Below, one piece after another: positions 17,683 to 27,676 of a DNA stretch of 64,000 nt. This DNA is from Pirellulales bacterium (lineage in GTDB: Bacteria > Planctomycetota > Planctomycetia > Pirellulales > UBA1268). Below the pieces are notes generated by a model. The model did no database searches. It saw only the letters and a program-made list of their open reading frames with translations, and was not told the DNA's origin. The position numbers were made by a program, and so were the translations under genes. The stretch spans positions 12,741 to 76,740 of the forward strand of contig JADHNY010000003.1 of NCBI GenBank assembly GCA_016779265.1. The letters run 5' to 3'. The stretch's first letter is position 1; each line of letters begins with the position of its first letter.

Positions 17683-18717
17683 ATGGACAACGCTTTCACG
17701 CCTACCGATCGAGGAGCCTTGCCCCCGCTCCAGCCGGGCCTTTCCCAAGGGGCTGCTGCTCTGCCGGAGAGTCACTGGCCGCAGCACGGGGTGGAAGGAC
17801 GGCAGCTGGTCGACGCGGACGATGGGGGTGAACTTGCCCGTCATCTGGGGGGCGGGCGACGGAGTCGTCCGCACTCGTCGCGGCTCCGGCTGCATCTGCT
17901 GCTGTTTGCGGCCACCTGCCTGACCACGTTTGCCGCAGGAACGGTCGGCTGGCAGCCGGTGATTGCAGGGGTGGATGCAGATCTCGGTGAACAGTTTTCT
18001 CTGCACTGGCAGCGGGGGCTGCTCTACATGGTGTTGGTGATGGCGGTGCTCGCCGCCCATGAAGCGGGGCACTTCATCGCGGCGAGGCTGCATGGCATTC
18101 CAGCCACGCTTCCTTTCTTCATCCCCATCCCGATTCTGCTCACCGGCACGCTCGGTGCGGTGATCGGCATGGAGGGGTCGCGTGCCACACGTCGGCAGCT
18201 GTTTGATATCGCGCTGGCCGGGCCGATCGCAGGGCTCGTGCTCGCGATTCCCTGTCTGGCGGCAGGGATTCTGCTGGCGGCTGAAGATATGACAGGGCCG
18301 TTTGCCATGCCACCTGTCGGTCGCTGGATGATGTCGTTGCTGCGGCCTGACCTCTCACCAATGGCCTCGATCGCCCCCAATCCTGCCTTCATGGCTGGGT
18401 GGGTTGGGATGCTGGTGACGGGGTTGAACATGATCCCCATCAGTCAGCTTGACGGTGGGCATGTGAGCTATGCGATCTTCGGTCGCCGCAGCTGCTGGCT
18501 TGCCCGCGGGATTCTGATTGCCGCGATCAGCACCATCGTGCTCCTGGGCACGATCAACTGGATCGCTCTGGTGGTGATCGTCACGCTCCTGGGTACGGAT
18601 CACCCGCCGGTGCGAGACGATTCTCGCGGGCCGGGTGTGTGGCGGCGTGTCGTCGGGGGCGTGTCCCTGCTGATACCACTGGTCACCTTCATGCCAGAAC
18701 CGCTGGTGCTCAACTAA
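17683..18717 (+). CDS. Site-2 protease (M50 intramembrane metalloprotease)
   Basis: HEAGH, DIALAGPIAG, LNMIPISQLDGGH, several TM segments. Confidence 0.92.
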   Translation: MDNAFTPTDRGALPPLQPGLSQGAAALPESHWPQHGVEGRQLVDADDGGELARHLGGGRRSRPHSSRLRLHLLLFAATCLTTFAAGTVGWQPVIAGVDADLGEQFSLHWQRGLLYMVLVMAVLAAHEAGHFIAARLHGIPATLPFFIPIPILLTGTLGAVIGMEGSRATRRQLFDIALAGPIAGLVLAIPCLAAGILLAAEDMTGPFAMPPVGRWMMSLLRPDLSPMASIAPNPAFMAGWVGMLVTGLNMIPISQLDGGHVSYAIFGRRSCWLARGILIAAISTIVLLGTINWIALVVIVTLLGTDHPPVRDDSRGPGVWRRVVGGVSLLIPLVTFMPEPLVLN

Positions 18718-18787
18718 CACTGTGGTTAACACGGCGGTGGAGAACGCTGCGGTCGAGCGGTCATCCCTCGTCGTATACTGATGTGTT

Positions 18788-19828
18788 ATGAGTCTGCAGA
18801 AGCCTGCCAGCCATTTCTTACGTCAGGACGCATACATGCTTCAGCCATTTCCCTCGCCCGAAGATGAACTGGCCCGGCTTGTCGAGGCCGCCCGCTTCTA
18901 CGACTACCGTGTGGCCTCCAATCCGATGGCGGATGGTGGTGTGCCGGCTGTGCCAGGTGTGCGTTTCCCTGCCTCGCTGCATGAGCAGGGGCCAACCAGG
19001 ATTCTGCCGCTGGAGAACAGTCTGCTCCTCGGCTGTCAGGGGCCGGCGACCACCCCCAGCCTGTCGGCAAACTTCCTGCATGTGCATTCGGGCGATGCCC
19101 TCGCGACAGATGCCAACGCGACCAGTCAGCTGTTTTTTGTGATACGTGGCGAGGGAGTCAGTCGGGTGGCGGATGCTGCGAGCACCGTGATCTCCTGGTC
19201 GGCGGGTGATCTCTTCACACTGCCTGCTGGGAGCCCTGCGACACATGTGGCGGGTGAAGAGACAGCGATCTACTGGGTGCACGATGAGCCGCTGTTACGG
19301 CATCTCGGGGCCGCGGCGACGCAGCAACGCTTTGCTCCGACCCTCTACCGTCATTCAGCCATCCGTGACGCACTCGATGCGGTGCTCAACGATCCAGAGA
19401 GCCGTAAGGCGAATCGGCTCAGTGTGCTCTTGGGGAACCACCTCTTTCCACGGGAGATGACGATCACCCATGTGCTCTGGGCGATGTTCGGCATTCTTCC
19501 CGTCGGTGTTGTCCAAGCACCTCATCGGCATCAGTCGGTCGCGGTTGACTTCGTGGTTGATGCCCAGCCCGGCTGCTACACGATGGTCGGTTCCAAGCTC
19601 GCGGACGACGGATCGATCGCTGATGGTGAACGCTTTGACTGGGAGCCCCACTCGGTGTTCGTCACGCCTCCAGGACTCTGGCATTCCCACCACAATGAAT
19701 CGGGCCAGCCGGCGCACATCCTCCCGATTCAGGATGCAGGACTGCACACCTATCTGCGAACACTCAGCATTCTCTTTAGCCGTCGCACCAGCGATGGTGG
19801 TCACCAGGTGGTCGATGATGCCAGTTAG
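18788..19828 (+). CDS. Bicupin protein, gentisate 1,2-dioxygenase-like fold; substrate unknown
   Basis: QAPHRHQSVAVDF, FVTPPGLWHSHHN, IQDAGLH. N-terminal cupin segment WSAGDLFTLP. Confidence 0.8.
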   Translation: MSLQKPASHFLRQDAYMLQPFPSPEDELARLVEAARFYDYRVASNPMADGGVPAVPGVRFPASLHEQGPTRILPLENSLLLGCQGPATTPSLSANFLHVHSGDALATDANATSQLFFVIRGEGVSRVADAASTVISWSAGDLFTLPAGSPATHVAGEETAIYWVHDEPLLRHLGAAATQQRFAPTLYRHSAIRDALDAVLNDPESRKANRLSVLLGNHLFPREMTITHVLWAMFGILPVGVVQAPHRHQSVAVDFVVDAQPGCYTMVGSKLADDGSIADGERFDWEPHSVFVTPPGLWHSHHNESGQPAHILPIQDAGLHTYLRTLSILFSRRTSDGGHQVVDDAS

Positions 19829-19861
19829 GGCGATGCTGTTCCGAAGATGACGGAAAAGGTG

Positions 19862-21520
19862 TTACGGCACCATCCATGCCAGCGGGCCAGCCTGAAGCCA
19901 GACCAGCACGCCCATCAAGGCAGCCAAGGCCAGTGAGTGTGGGAACACCCGACGCAGGATCGCTCCTTCCTGACGGGCCACCCCAGTGGCAGTGGCGGAG
20001 ACGACAATGCTCTGGGCGTCGATCATCTTCCCCATCACGCCGCCGGTGCTGTTGGCAGTGCAGGTGAGGAGTGGGTTCAGGCCGAGTTGCTCTGCGGTGA
20101 CCCGCTGCAGGCTGCCAAACATGGCGTTGCTGGAGGTGTCGCTGCCGGTCAGGGCCACACCGAGCCAGCCAAGCAGTGGCGCGAAGAAAGCGTAGGCAGG
20201 TCCGGTGGTTGTCAGGGCAAGTCCAAGGGTGACGTCGGTGCCGGAGTAGCGGGTGACAAAGGCCAGGGCGAGCATCGCGGCAATCGTGGCAAGTGACGGG
20301 AAGAGTCGCCGCAGGGTCGCCAGGAACAGGCTCCCTGCCCGCAGCCAGCTGATGCCAAGCCAGGGCACCGAGACGATCGCGGCGACGGCGATTCCGGTTC
20401 CGGCGGCGGAGAGGTAGTTGAAGCGGTAGACAGCCCGTTCGATCTCTCGCTCCTCCAGCGTGGCAGGAGGCACCTTCGCCACTCTCCCATCGAGGCGTGG
20501 CACGCTGATTTCAGGCAGGGGGGCAAGCCGATCGAGTGTCTGCTTCACAGGCGGCAGCCCCCAGCAGAAAACTGCGAGGGAAAGAAACACCCACGGCATC
20601 CAGGCCCAGGCAATGCGACCCGCAGGATCGGGTGCCTTCTCGCTCGCTGAAGTTTCGGCACTGGATGGTGGGACTGTAGCGTGGGCGTGCCGCCAGGGCG
20701 TGGCGGGCTGCCAAAACTGCAAGAAGGTTGCCACGCAGGCGAGGCTGGCGATTCCACCGACCACATCGACCAGGCTCGGTCCGACAAAGTTCGCCAGAGC
20801 AAACTGGATTGAGGCGAAGGAGACACCACAGACGGCCACCACGGGCCAGACGCCGATGAGCCCGCGCCAGCCGCTCATGGCGATCACCATCCAGGCCGGC
20901 ACGATGAGTGAGAAGAAGGGAAGCTGGCGGCCGGCGAGCGCGGAGATCGCGTGTTCCTCGAGGCCTGTCACCTTGGCGAGCGTGATGATCGGTGTGCCAA
21001 GCGCTCCGAAGGCGACAGGAGCCGTGTTGGCGAGAAGAGCGATGCAGGCTGCCTCAAAGGCCGGAAAGCCGGTGGCGGCCAGCAGGGCTGCGGTGATGGC
21101 CACCGGTGCTCCAAAGCCTGCCGCGCCCTCCAGGAATGCACCAAAACAGAAAGCAATCAGGAGAGCCTGCACGCGGTGGTCGGCAGAGAGTCTGATGACC
21201 GAGCGTTGCATCACGTCGAGGGCTCCTGCTTCGACGGAGAGGGCGTAGAGAAACATCGCTGCGAGAATGATCCAGCCGATCGGGAAGAGCCCAAAGGCGG
21301 CCCCGTAGGCTGCTGCTGCGGCGGCCGCATCGGCGGGCATTCCCACCACCCCAATCGCGATCGCAAACGCTGTAGCGAGCCCTGCGGCTGCCGCCCGGGC
21401 CGCACTCCAGCCGGCAAAGGCGAGGAGCCCAAGCAACACTGCCAGTGGCAGCACCGCCACCAGCGTCGAGAGCAGCATGGAGCCAAACGGGTCGTAGACA
21501 TGCAGCCAGACGGCATCCAT
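19862..21520 (-). CDS. lctP: L-lactate permease
   Basis: FGAFLEGAAGFGAPVAI, NTAPVAFGALGTPI, GRQLP, LTGSDTSSN, GGVMGKMIDAQSI. Confidence 0.93.
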   Translation of the reverse strand: MDAVWLHVYDPFGSMLLSTLVAVLPLAVLLGLLAFAGWSAARAAAAGLATAFAIAIGVVGMPADAAAAAAAYGAAFGLFPIGWIILAAMFLYALSVEAGALDVMQRSVIRLSADHRVQALLIAFCFGAFLEGAAGFGAPVAITAALLAATGFPAFEAACIALLANTAPVAFGALGTPIITLAKVTGLEEHAISALAGRQLPFFSLIVPAWMVIAMSGWRGLIGVWPVVAVCGVSFASIQFALANFVGPSLVDVVGGIASLACVATFLQFWQPATPWRHAHATVPPSSAETSASEKAPDPAGRIAWAWMPWVFLSLAVFCWGLPPVKQTLDRLAPLPEISVPRLDGRVAKVPPATLEEREIERAVYRFNYLSAAGTGIAVAAIVSVPWLGISWLRAGSLFLATLRRLFPSLATIAAMLALAFVTRYSGTDVTLGLALTTTGPAYAFFAPLLGWLGVALTGSDTSSNAMFGSLQRVTAEQLGLNPLLTCTANSTGGVMGKMIDAQSIVVSATATGVARQEGAILRRVFPHSLALAALMGVLVWLQAGPLAWMVP

Positions 21521-21739
21521 AGCGTGGGTTCCTCTACTGGCTGCGGCGTGTGTGGGAGACGAGAACGCCGCGGATTGGGACGGGAATGCCGATTATGGTG
21601 CGTCCCGGCCACGCAAGCGACAAGGTGTGCTGCGGCTCCGAGGGCGAGCCGACCCAGTCTGGTTGGTACACTCAGTAGAGGACTGGCGCGGGCAGGAACC
21701 GCGTCTTGGGGAATGCGAGACGCTGCTGGAGCCCCCGCC

Positions 21740-24253
21740 ATGCGATCCGCCATGACATGCTGTGCAGGTGTCGGTAGACAGCTTGTATTCCTGTCGTTTC
21801 TGTGCGGGATGCTATGGGGTGCCGCTCGGGCGGTGGGCGTGCACTCCGTTCAGGCGGCGGAGGAGTCGCCGCCGTCACCTGCGTTCACCGCCGACACCTT
21901 CCGTGAGCAGATTGCCCCTCTGCTGAAAGCTCGCTGTCAGGAGTGTCATGGAGCCGACGCTCAAGAAGGTAGCCTCCGCCTCGACACGCACGCAGGGCTT
22001 CGTGCAGGTGGCGGCACCGGGCCTGTGATTGCGCCCGGTTCTGCAGACACCAGCCTGCTGGTGCAGGCGGTGCGGCGGATCGATGAGCAGCTGGCCATGC
22101 CGCCTGACGATCCGTTGACTGCAGATGAGGTGGCCCTGCTTGCCGCTTGGATCGATGCAGGGGCGCCGCATCCAATGGGGTCGCTCGAACCGGTGGCCTC
22201 GCAGCCTGATCGGCTTGCAGCCCGTGATCACTGGGCCTTCGCTCCGTTGACCCGACCGCCCCTTCCCTCAGGCACTGAAGGCCATCCGATCGATCGCTTC
22301 CTGGCTGGCCCACTGGCTCAAGCTGGCCTCGAGCCCACGCCGCAGGCAGACCCGGCCACCCTGGTGAGACGGCTTGCGTATGACCTGACGGGGCTTCCTC
22401 CAACCCCTGACATGATTGATGGGTTCGTCGCGGATCCGTCTGCAGACGCGTTGGCGGACCTCGTCGACAGCCTGCTCGCCTCGCCTCGCTACGGTGAGCG
22501 ATGGGGGCGACACTGGCTCGACGTGGTGCGGTATGCCGACTCTAACGGCCTCGATGAGAACGTCGCCCACGGCAACGCGTGGCGGTATCGCGACTATGTG
22601 ATTGCGGCGTTGAACGCAGATAAGCCCTTTGATGCGTTTGTCCGTGAACAGCTCGCTGGCGATCTTCTCGTCACGGATACCGACACTCCCGAGCGGAAGG
22701 CTGAACTGCTCACTGCCACCGGCTTCCTGGTGCTTGGTCCCAAGGTGCTTGCTGAGGGGGACGAGACCAAACTGCAGATGGACATCATTGATGAGCAGAT
22801 CGATACAGCTGGCAAGGCGTTTCTCGGCCTGGCCTTGGGCTGTGCCCGATGTCATGACCACAAGTTTGATCCGGTGAGTCAGGCCGACTACTACGCAATG
22901 GCTGGGATCTTCCAGAGCACCCGCACGATGGAGTCGCTCGCTCGGATTGCGAAGTGGAACGAGAACCTGATCGCGTCACCTGCCGAGCAGGAGGCCCATG
23001 CGGCTCACCAGCAGCGAGTCGACCAGGCCAAAGAGGCGGTCGCCGCGTTTCTCACCCAGACACGTGAGTCGTTGGCCGCTGGCGGTGAAGCAGAGGAGAC
23101 GCCGGCTCCGGCTGAGATTGCTGAAGACGCCTTTCCCGAGGACGCGAAGGTCGAACTGGCCGCGCTGCGGGCTGCCCAGAAGCAACTCGAAGAGACGCTC
23201 CCGGAGCTGGCAACAGCGATGGGGGTCGTCGATGCAGAGCCGAAAGTGACCCCGATCCATCTCCGCGGCAGCCATCTCACGCTCGGTCGAGAGGTGCCCC
23301 GCGGGGTGCCGGTTGTCCTCGAACTCGATGGGCCAGTGGCGATCCCGGCTGAGGCGAGTGGCCGACAGCAGATGGCCGAATGGCTGACAGATCCCAGGCA
23401 TCCGCTCACAGCACGGGTGATCGTCAACCGCGTCTGGCGGTGGCATTTTGGACGTGGGCTGGTGGCATCGGTCGACAACTTTGGCACGACTGGCGAGCCA
23501 CCGACAAATGCGGCCCTGCTCGACTGGCTGGCGGTGGAGCTGGTGGAGTCGGGCTGGTCTCTCAAAGCCCTGCATCGGCTGATCCTCGCAAGCGCCGCCT
23601 GGCAGCGGTCAAGTGACCGTCTGGCTACGCCGACGGCCGCCATCGCTGCTGAACGTGATCCCGACAATCGGCTCTGGTGGCGAGCCGAACTGAGGCGGCT
23701 GGACGCTGAGTCGGTTCGCGATGCCATGCTGTCGGTTTCTGGTGAACTCGACCTCACGATGGGTGGCTCAATGCTGCATGTCGGGAACCGTGAGTTTCTC
23801 TTCGACCACACCAGCAAAGATGAGACTGACTACGACGTGCCGCGCCGAAGCGTCTACCTGCCGGTGATTCGCAACCACATTCAAGATGCCCTCTGGCTCT
23901 TTGACTGCACCGACGGCGCGGTGCCCGATGGCGACCGGGCGACCTCGACGATTGCCTCGCAGGCGCTCTGGCTGCTCAATGCGGAGCTGCCGATGCATGC
24001 GGCGGAGCAGATCGCAGCCGACATCCTGGCCGCAGCGGCCAACGATCAGAAGATGCAGGCACAGCTGGTGTTTCGTCGTGTCCTTGGCCGGATGCCAGCA
24101 GAGGGAGAGGCTGCTTGGTTTGCGTCGCGGGTGGAGGCGATTGGATCGCTGCTCGCGGAAGATGCGACATCGGCAGAGGTGCGAGAAAAGGCTGCACTGG
24201 CCGCGGCGACTCAGGCCCTGTTGATGAGCGAACAGTTTCTGGTGGTGCGGTAG
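21740..24253 (+). CDS. Planctomycete cytochrome c domain + DUF1549 + DUF1553 protein
   Basis: CQECH, HWAF, YGERWGRHWLDVVRYAD, CARCHDHKFDP, TARVIVNRVWRWHFGRGLV. The track's upstream extension, antisense to lctP, was removed. Confidence 0.93.
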   Translation: MRSAMTCCAGVGRQLVFLSFLCGMLWGAARAVGVHSVQAAEESPPSPAFTADTFREQIAPLLKARCQECHGADAQEGSLRLDTHAGLRAGGGTGPVIAPGSADTSLLVQAVRRIDEQLAMPPDDPLTADEVALLAAWIDAGAPHPMGSLEPVASQPDRLAARDHWAFAPLTRPPLPSGTEGHPIDRFLAGPLAQAGLEPTPQADPATLVRRLAYDLTGLPPTPDMIDGFVADPSADALADLVDSLLASPRYGERWGRHWLDVVRYADSNGLDENVAHGNAWRYRDYVIAALNADKPFDAFVREQLAGDLLVTDTDTPERKAELLTATGFLVLGPKVLAEGDETKLQMDIIDEQIDTAGKAFLGLALGCARCHDHKFDPVSQADYYAMAGIFQSTRTMESLARIAKWNENLIASPAEQEAHAAHQQRVDQAKEAVAAFLTQTRESLAAGGEAEETPAPAEIAEDAFPEDAKVELAALRAAQKQLEETLPELATAMGVVDAEPKVTPIHLRGSHLTLGREVPRGVPVVLELDGPVAIPAEASGRQQMAEWLTDPRHPLTARVIVNRVWRWHFGRGLVASVDNFGTTGEPPTNAALLDWLAVELVESGWSLKALHRLILASAAWQRSSDRLATPTAAIAAERDPDNRLWWRAELRRLDAESVRDAMLSVSGELDLTMGGSMLHVGNREFLFDHTSKDETDYDVPRRSVYLPVIRNHIQDALWLFDCTDGAVPDGDRATSTIASQALWLLNAELPMHAAEQIAADILAAAANDQKMQAQLVFRRVLGRMPAEGEAAWFASRVEAIGSLLAEDATSAEVREKAALAAATQALLMSEQFLVVR

Positions 24254-24394
24254 GGCCGGCGTGCTGCACGCAACCGTGAGGTGCGGCTGTTCGAGATGTG
24301 GCGAGAGCGGCGGGGTAGGAACTGAACTGAACAGCGAGCTGAGCAGTAAACGCGGCAGCAACCCGTCGAGAAACGGTCTGTGGAGATGATGGCA

Positions 24395-25792
24395 ATGTGG
24401 CAGCAGCGAGTCAGCAGACGAGAGGCCCTCTCGCAGTCGGCCGTGGGCTTCGGCTGGCTGGCAGCGTCAGCCCTGCTGAGTCGGGCGTCGTCGGCAGATG
24501 GACTCTCGGACTACCGCCTTCCTGCTCGTGCCCGCCGGGTGATCTTCATGTTCATGAAGGGGGGGCCGTCGCAGGTCGATACCTTTGACCCGAAGCCCAA
24601 GCTCGATGCCGACCATGGCAAAGAGCTGCCGTTTGCAAAGCCCAGAGTTCAGTTCGCTAAGACTGGCGTGCTGCTGAAGAGCCCATGGAAGTTCACGCAG
24701 TACGGGCAGAGCGGTAGCCCGGTGAGCGAGCTCTTTCCGCATGTCGCGCAGCATGTCGATGACATCTGTTTCCTGCATGGTGTGCATGGCACCAATGCCG
24801 CTCATGGCGGTGCTGCTCTCAAGCTTCATACCGGCAGTGACACGTTTGTTCGTCCCGGTATGGGTGCCTGGGTGAACTATGGCCTCGGCAGTGAAAATGA
24901 GAACCTGCCCGGCTTTATCACAATCTGTCCAACGCTGGCTCATGGTGGCGTGAACAACTGGGGGGCGGCGTTTTTACCGGCGGAGTGCCAGGGTGTGCCT
25001 ATGGGGGTCGCCTCGAGGCCGGCAAGTGAAGCGGCTGTGAAGTACATTGCCAACCCCCGTCTGTCCCGGCAGGCCCAGCGTCTACAGATTGAGATGCTGC
25101 GAGATCTGGCCGAGCGTGGTGCCTCTCATGAAGCACGTCCGTCACCACTGGTGGAGGCGCAGCTGAAGAGTTTCGAACTCGCCTTCCGGATGCAGACGGA
25201 GCTGCCCGAGATTCAGGACCTCTCCGGCGAGACTGCCGAAACACTCGCGCTCTACGGAATTGGTGACCCCGTCACGGACGACTTTGGCCGGCAGTGTTTG
25301 CTCGCACGACGGTTTGCTGAGGCGGGGGTCCGCTTTATTCAGGTGACCCACAGCGACTCGAAGGTGCAGTGGGATCAGCATGCCGACCTCCGCGAGGGGC
25401 ATGCCGAGAAGGCTTCGGAAGTCGACAAGCCGATTGCAGGCCTGCTTGCGGACCTCAAGCGGCGTGGTCTGCTTGAAGACACGCTGGTGCTCTGGGGAGG
25501 CGAGTTTGGCCGGACGCCGGTGGCGCAGGCGACCGAGAATGGCCGGGACCACAACCCTGAAGGCTTCACCATGTGGATGGCGGGTGGTGGGGTTCGCGGC
25601 GGCTTCCGCTACGGCAGTACCGATGACTACGGCTACTACGCGACCGAAAATGCGATGCATATCCATGACGTGCATGCGACGATGCTGGCTCTGCTGGGCA
25701 TCGATCATGAGCGGCTCACCTACCGCTATGCAGGACGGGATTTCCGTCTCACCGATGTGGCGGGCAAGGTGCACGATGCCATCTTTGCCTGA
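24395..25792 (+). CDS. DUF1501 domain protein (Tat substrate)
   Basis: SRREAL Tat motif, FMKGGPSQVDTFDPKP, FGRQCLLARR, WGGEFGRTP, GRDHNP, GRDFRLTDV. Confidence 0.93.
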   Translation: MWQQRVSRREALSQSAVGFGWLAASALLSRASSADGLSDYRLPARARRVIFMFMKGGPSQVDTFDPKPKLDADHGKELPFAKPRVQFAKTGVLLKSPWKFTQYGQSGSPVSELFPHVAQHVDDICFLHGVHGTNAAHGGAALKLHTGSDTFVRPGMGAWVNYGLGSENENLPGFITICPTLAHGGVNNWGAAFLPAECQGVPMGVASRPASEAAVKYIANPRLSRQAQRLQIEMLRDLAERGASHEARPSPLVEAQLKSFELAFRMQTELPEIQDLSGETAETLALYGIGDPVTDDFGRQCLLARRFAEAGVRFIQVTHSDSKVQWDQHADLREGHAEKASEVDKPIAGLLADLKRRGLLEDTLVLWGGEFGRTPVAQATENGRDHNPEGFTMWMAGGGVRGGFRYGSTDDYGYYATENAMHIHDVHATMLALLGIDHERLTYRYAGRDFRLTDVAGKVHDAIFA

Positions 25793-25808
25793 TGCCATCT
25801 TTGCCTGA
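25775..25808. repeat. Perfect 16-bp tandem duplication spanning the DUF1501 stop codon
   Basis: GATGCCATCTTTGCCT x2 followed by GA. Confidence 0.9.
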
Positions 25809-25922
25809 GGATGACACGCCTTTTGTCCTCGGCTGCACGCAGGCGGAAATCGGGGTAGTCTGCTACCGTTCGTTGGTTGCCCGCTGGCTCGTCACGAGCG
25901 GCTGCTCCTTCGGCTTTGTTTG

Positions 25923-25954
25923 ATGCGGGGATGAAGTAATGCGGGGATTAAGTG
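25923..25954. repeat. 16-bp direct repeat upstream of the sulfatase
   Basis: ATGCGGGGATGAAGTA / ATGCGGGGATTAAGTG. Confidence 0.75.
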
Positions 25955-25987
25955 TGGTAGAGCAAAACGCTCACAGGGGGACTCGGG

Positions 25988-27655
25988 ATGTGGCCGTTCG
26001 TTCAGGGTGGCGGAATGCGTGAGCAGCGACTTTTCAGCGGGCTGGTGGCCGCTGTGGTGTGGGTTATGGTGGCCGTGGCAGGTGTGGCGACGGCAGCCGA
26101 GAAAGCCAGCCGTCCCAACATCGTGTTCATCTTCAGTGATGACCACGCACCACACGCGATCGGCGCCTACAACGGCTGGCTGAAGTCGGTAAACCCCACC
26201 CCCAACATCGACGCACTTGCAGCCTCCGGCATGCTGTTTCGCAACAGCTTCTGCACGAACTCGATCTGTGGCCCAAGCCGTGCTGTGATTCAGACAGGCA
26301 AGCACAGCCACAAGAACGGCTTCATGAACAACGGCAACTCGTTTGACTGGAATCAGCAGACCTTTCCCAAGCTGCTTCAGCAGGCGGGTTACACGACGGC
26401 CATTTTTGGGAAGTCGCATCTCAAGGGCGAACCTCAAGGCTACGACGACTGGAAGGTGTTGCCTGGCCAGGGGCTCTACTACAACCCAGATCTGATTACC
26501 CCAGAGGGACGCGTGCGTGTGGAGGGGCACTGCACGGATGTGGTGACCGATCTGGCGGTCGAATGGCTCACCGAGGGACGCGATGGTGAGAAGCCGTTCA
26601 TGCTGATGGTTCAGCACAAGGCGCCGCATCGCAACTGGATGCCGGCCCTGCGACACCTCTCTCTCTACGATGATGTTGAGATGCCAGAGCCCAACACACT
26701 CTTTGACAAGTGGCATGACAACGCGCCACCGGCCCGGTTCCAAGAGTTGGAAATCGACCGGCATATGCATCTCAACTTTGATCTGTTTGTTGACCTCACG
26801 CCCGACTTTGACGGAAACGCGCAGGAAGGCGGCACCGACCGCTCCGCCTGGCAAAACATGAAAAGGATGTCTCAGGAGCAGCTGGCCGCGTGGCGTGGTT
26901 TTTACGGACCTCGCGACAAGGCGTTTCATGAGGCCGAGCTTTCGGCTGACGGACTCGTTCGCTGGAAGTATCAGCGGTATGTGAAGAACTACCTGCGGTG
27001 TGTGCGGGGCGTTGACGAGAGTGTGGGCACGTTGATGAAGACGCTCGACGAACTCGATCTCGCAGACAACACCGTCGTGGTCTACTCGTCGGATCAAGGC
27101 TTCTACATCGGCGACCACGGCTGGTACGACAAGCGGTGGATGTACGAAGAGTCGCTGAAGATGCCGCTGATCGTGAAGTGGCCGGGCGTGACGAAGTCGG
27201 GCGCTGTCAACGAAGACCTCGTACAGAATCTCGACTACGCAGAGACTTTCCTGGAGATGGCAGGGGCCGCAGTTCCTGATGACATGCAGGGCAGATCACT
27301 TGTGCCGCTGCTCGCCGGCGACACGCCAGACGACTGGCGGGAGAGTATCTACTACCACTACTACGAGTATCCCAGTGTGCATATGGTGCCGCGGCACTAC
27401 GGTGTTCGAAACGACCGCTACAAGCTGATGCACTTCTATCAGTTTGATGAGTGGGAGTTCTATGACCTCGAGACCGACCCTGATGAACTGCAGAATCTCT
27501 ATGAGGATCCCAACTACGCGGATGAGATCGCAGCGATGAAGGTTGAGCTCGAGCGACTGCGGACACACTACGAAGATGACAGCGACGTCAGAGAGCTGCC
27601 GGAGCCTCGTCAGCAGGAGCTGCGATCGCCAGCCACCATTACTCGGGCCGGGTAG
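25988..27655 (+). CDS. Secreted formylglycine-dependent (S1) sulfatase, resembling hexosamine-6-sulfatases (alternative start 26015)
   Basis: RPNIVFIFSDDH, CGPSRAVIQTGKHSH, SSDQGFYIGDHGWYDKRWMYEES. Confidence 0.93.
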   Translation: MWPFVQGGGMREQRLFSGLVAAVVWVMVAVAGVATAAEKASRPNIVFIFSDDHAPHAIGAYNGWLKSVNPTPNIDALAASGMLFRNSFCTNSICGPSRAVIQTGKHSHKNGFMNNGNSFDWNQQTFPKLLQQAGYTTAIFGKSHLKGEPQGYDDWKVLPGQGLYYNPDLITPEGRVRVEGHCTDVVTDLAVEWLTEGRDGEKPFMLMVQHKAPHRNWMPALRHLSLYDDVEMPEPNTLFDKWHDNAPPARFQELEIDRHMHLNFDLFVDLTPDFDGNAQEGGTDRSAWQNMKRMSQEQLAAWRGFYGPRDKAFHEAELSADGLVRWKYQRYVKNYLRCVRGVDESVGTLMKTLDELDLADNTVVVYSSDQGFYIGDHGWYDKRWMYEESLKMPLIVKWPGVTKSGAVNEDLVQNLDYAETFLEMAGAAVPDDMQGRSLVPLLAGDTPDDWRESIYYHYYEYPSVHMVPRHYGVRNDRYKLMHFYQFDEWEFYDLETDPDELQNLYEDPNYADEIAAMKVELERLRTHYEDDSDVRELPEPRQQELRSPATITRAG

Positions 27656-27676
27656 GCATGACCTCCGCAGCAGTGT

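Noticed and set aside
18714..18737. CTAACAC/TTAACAC repeat upstream of the cupin as a second Pho-like box
   Set aside because: Only two units at 12-bp rather than 11-bp spacing, and the first overlaps a stop codon.
20951..21739. N-terminal 263 aa of the 1100-aa ORF
   Set aside because: Largely antisense to lctP and not protein-like. The signal-peptide-like region starts near 21740.
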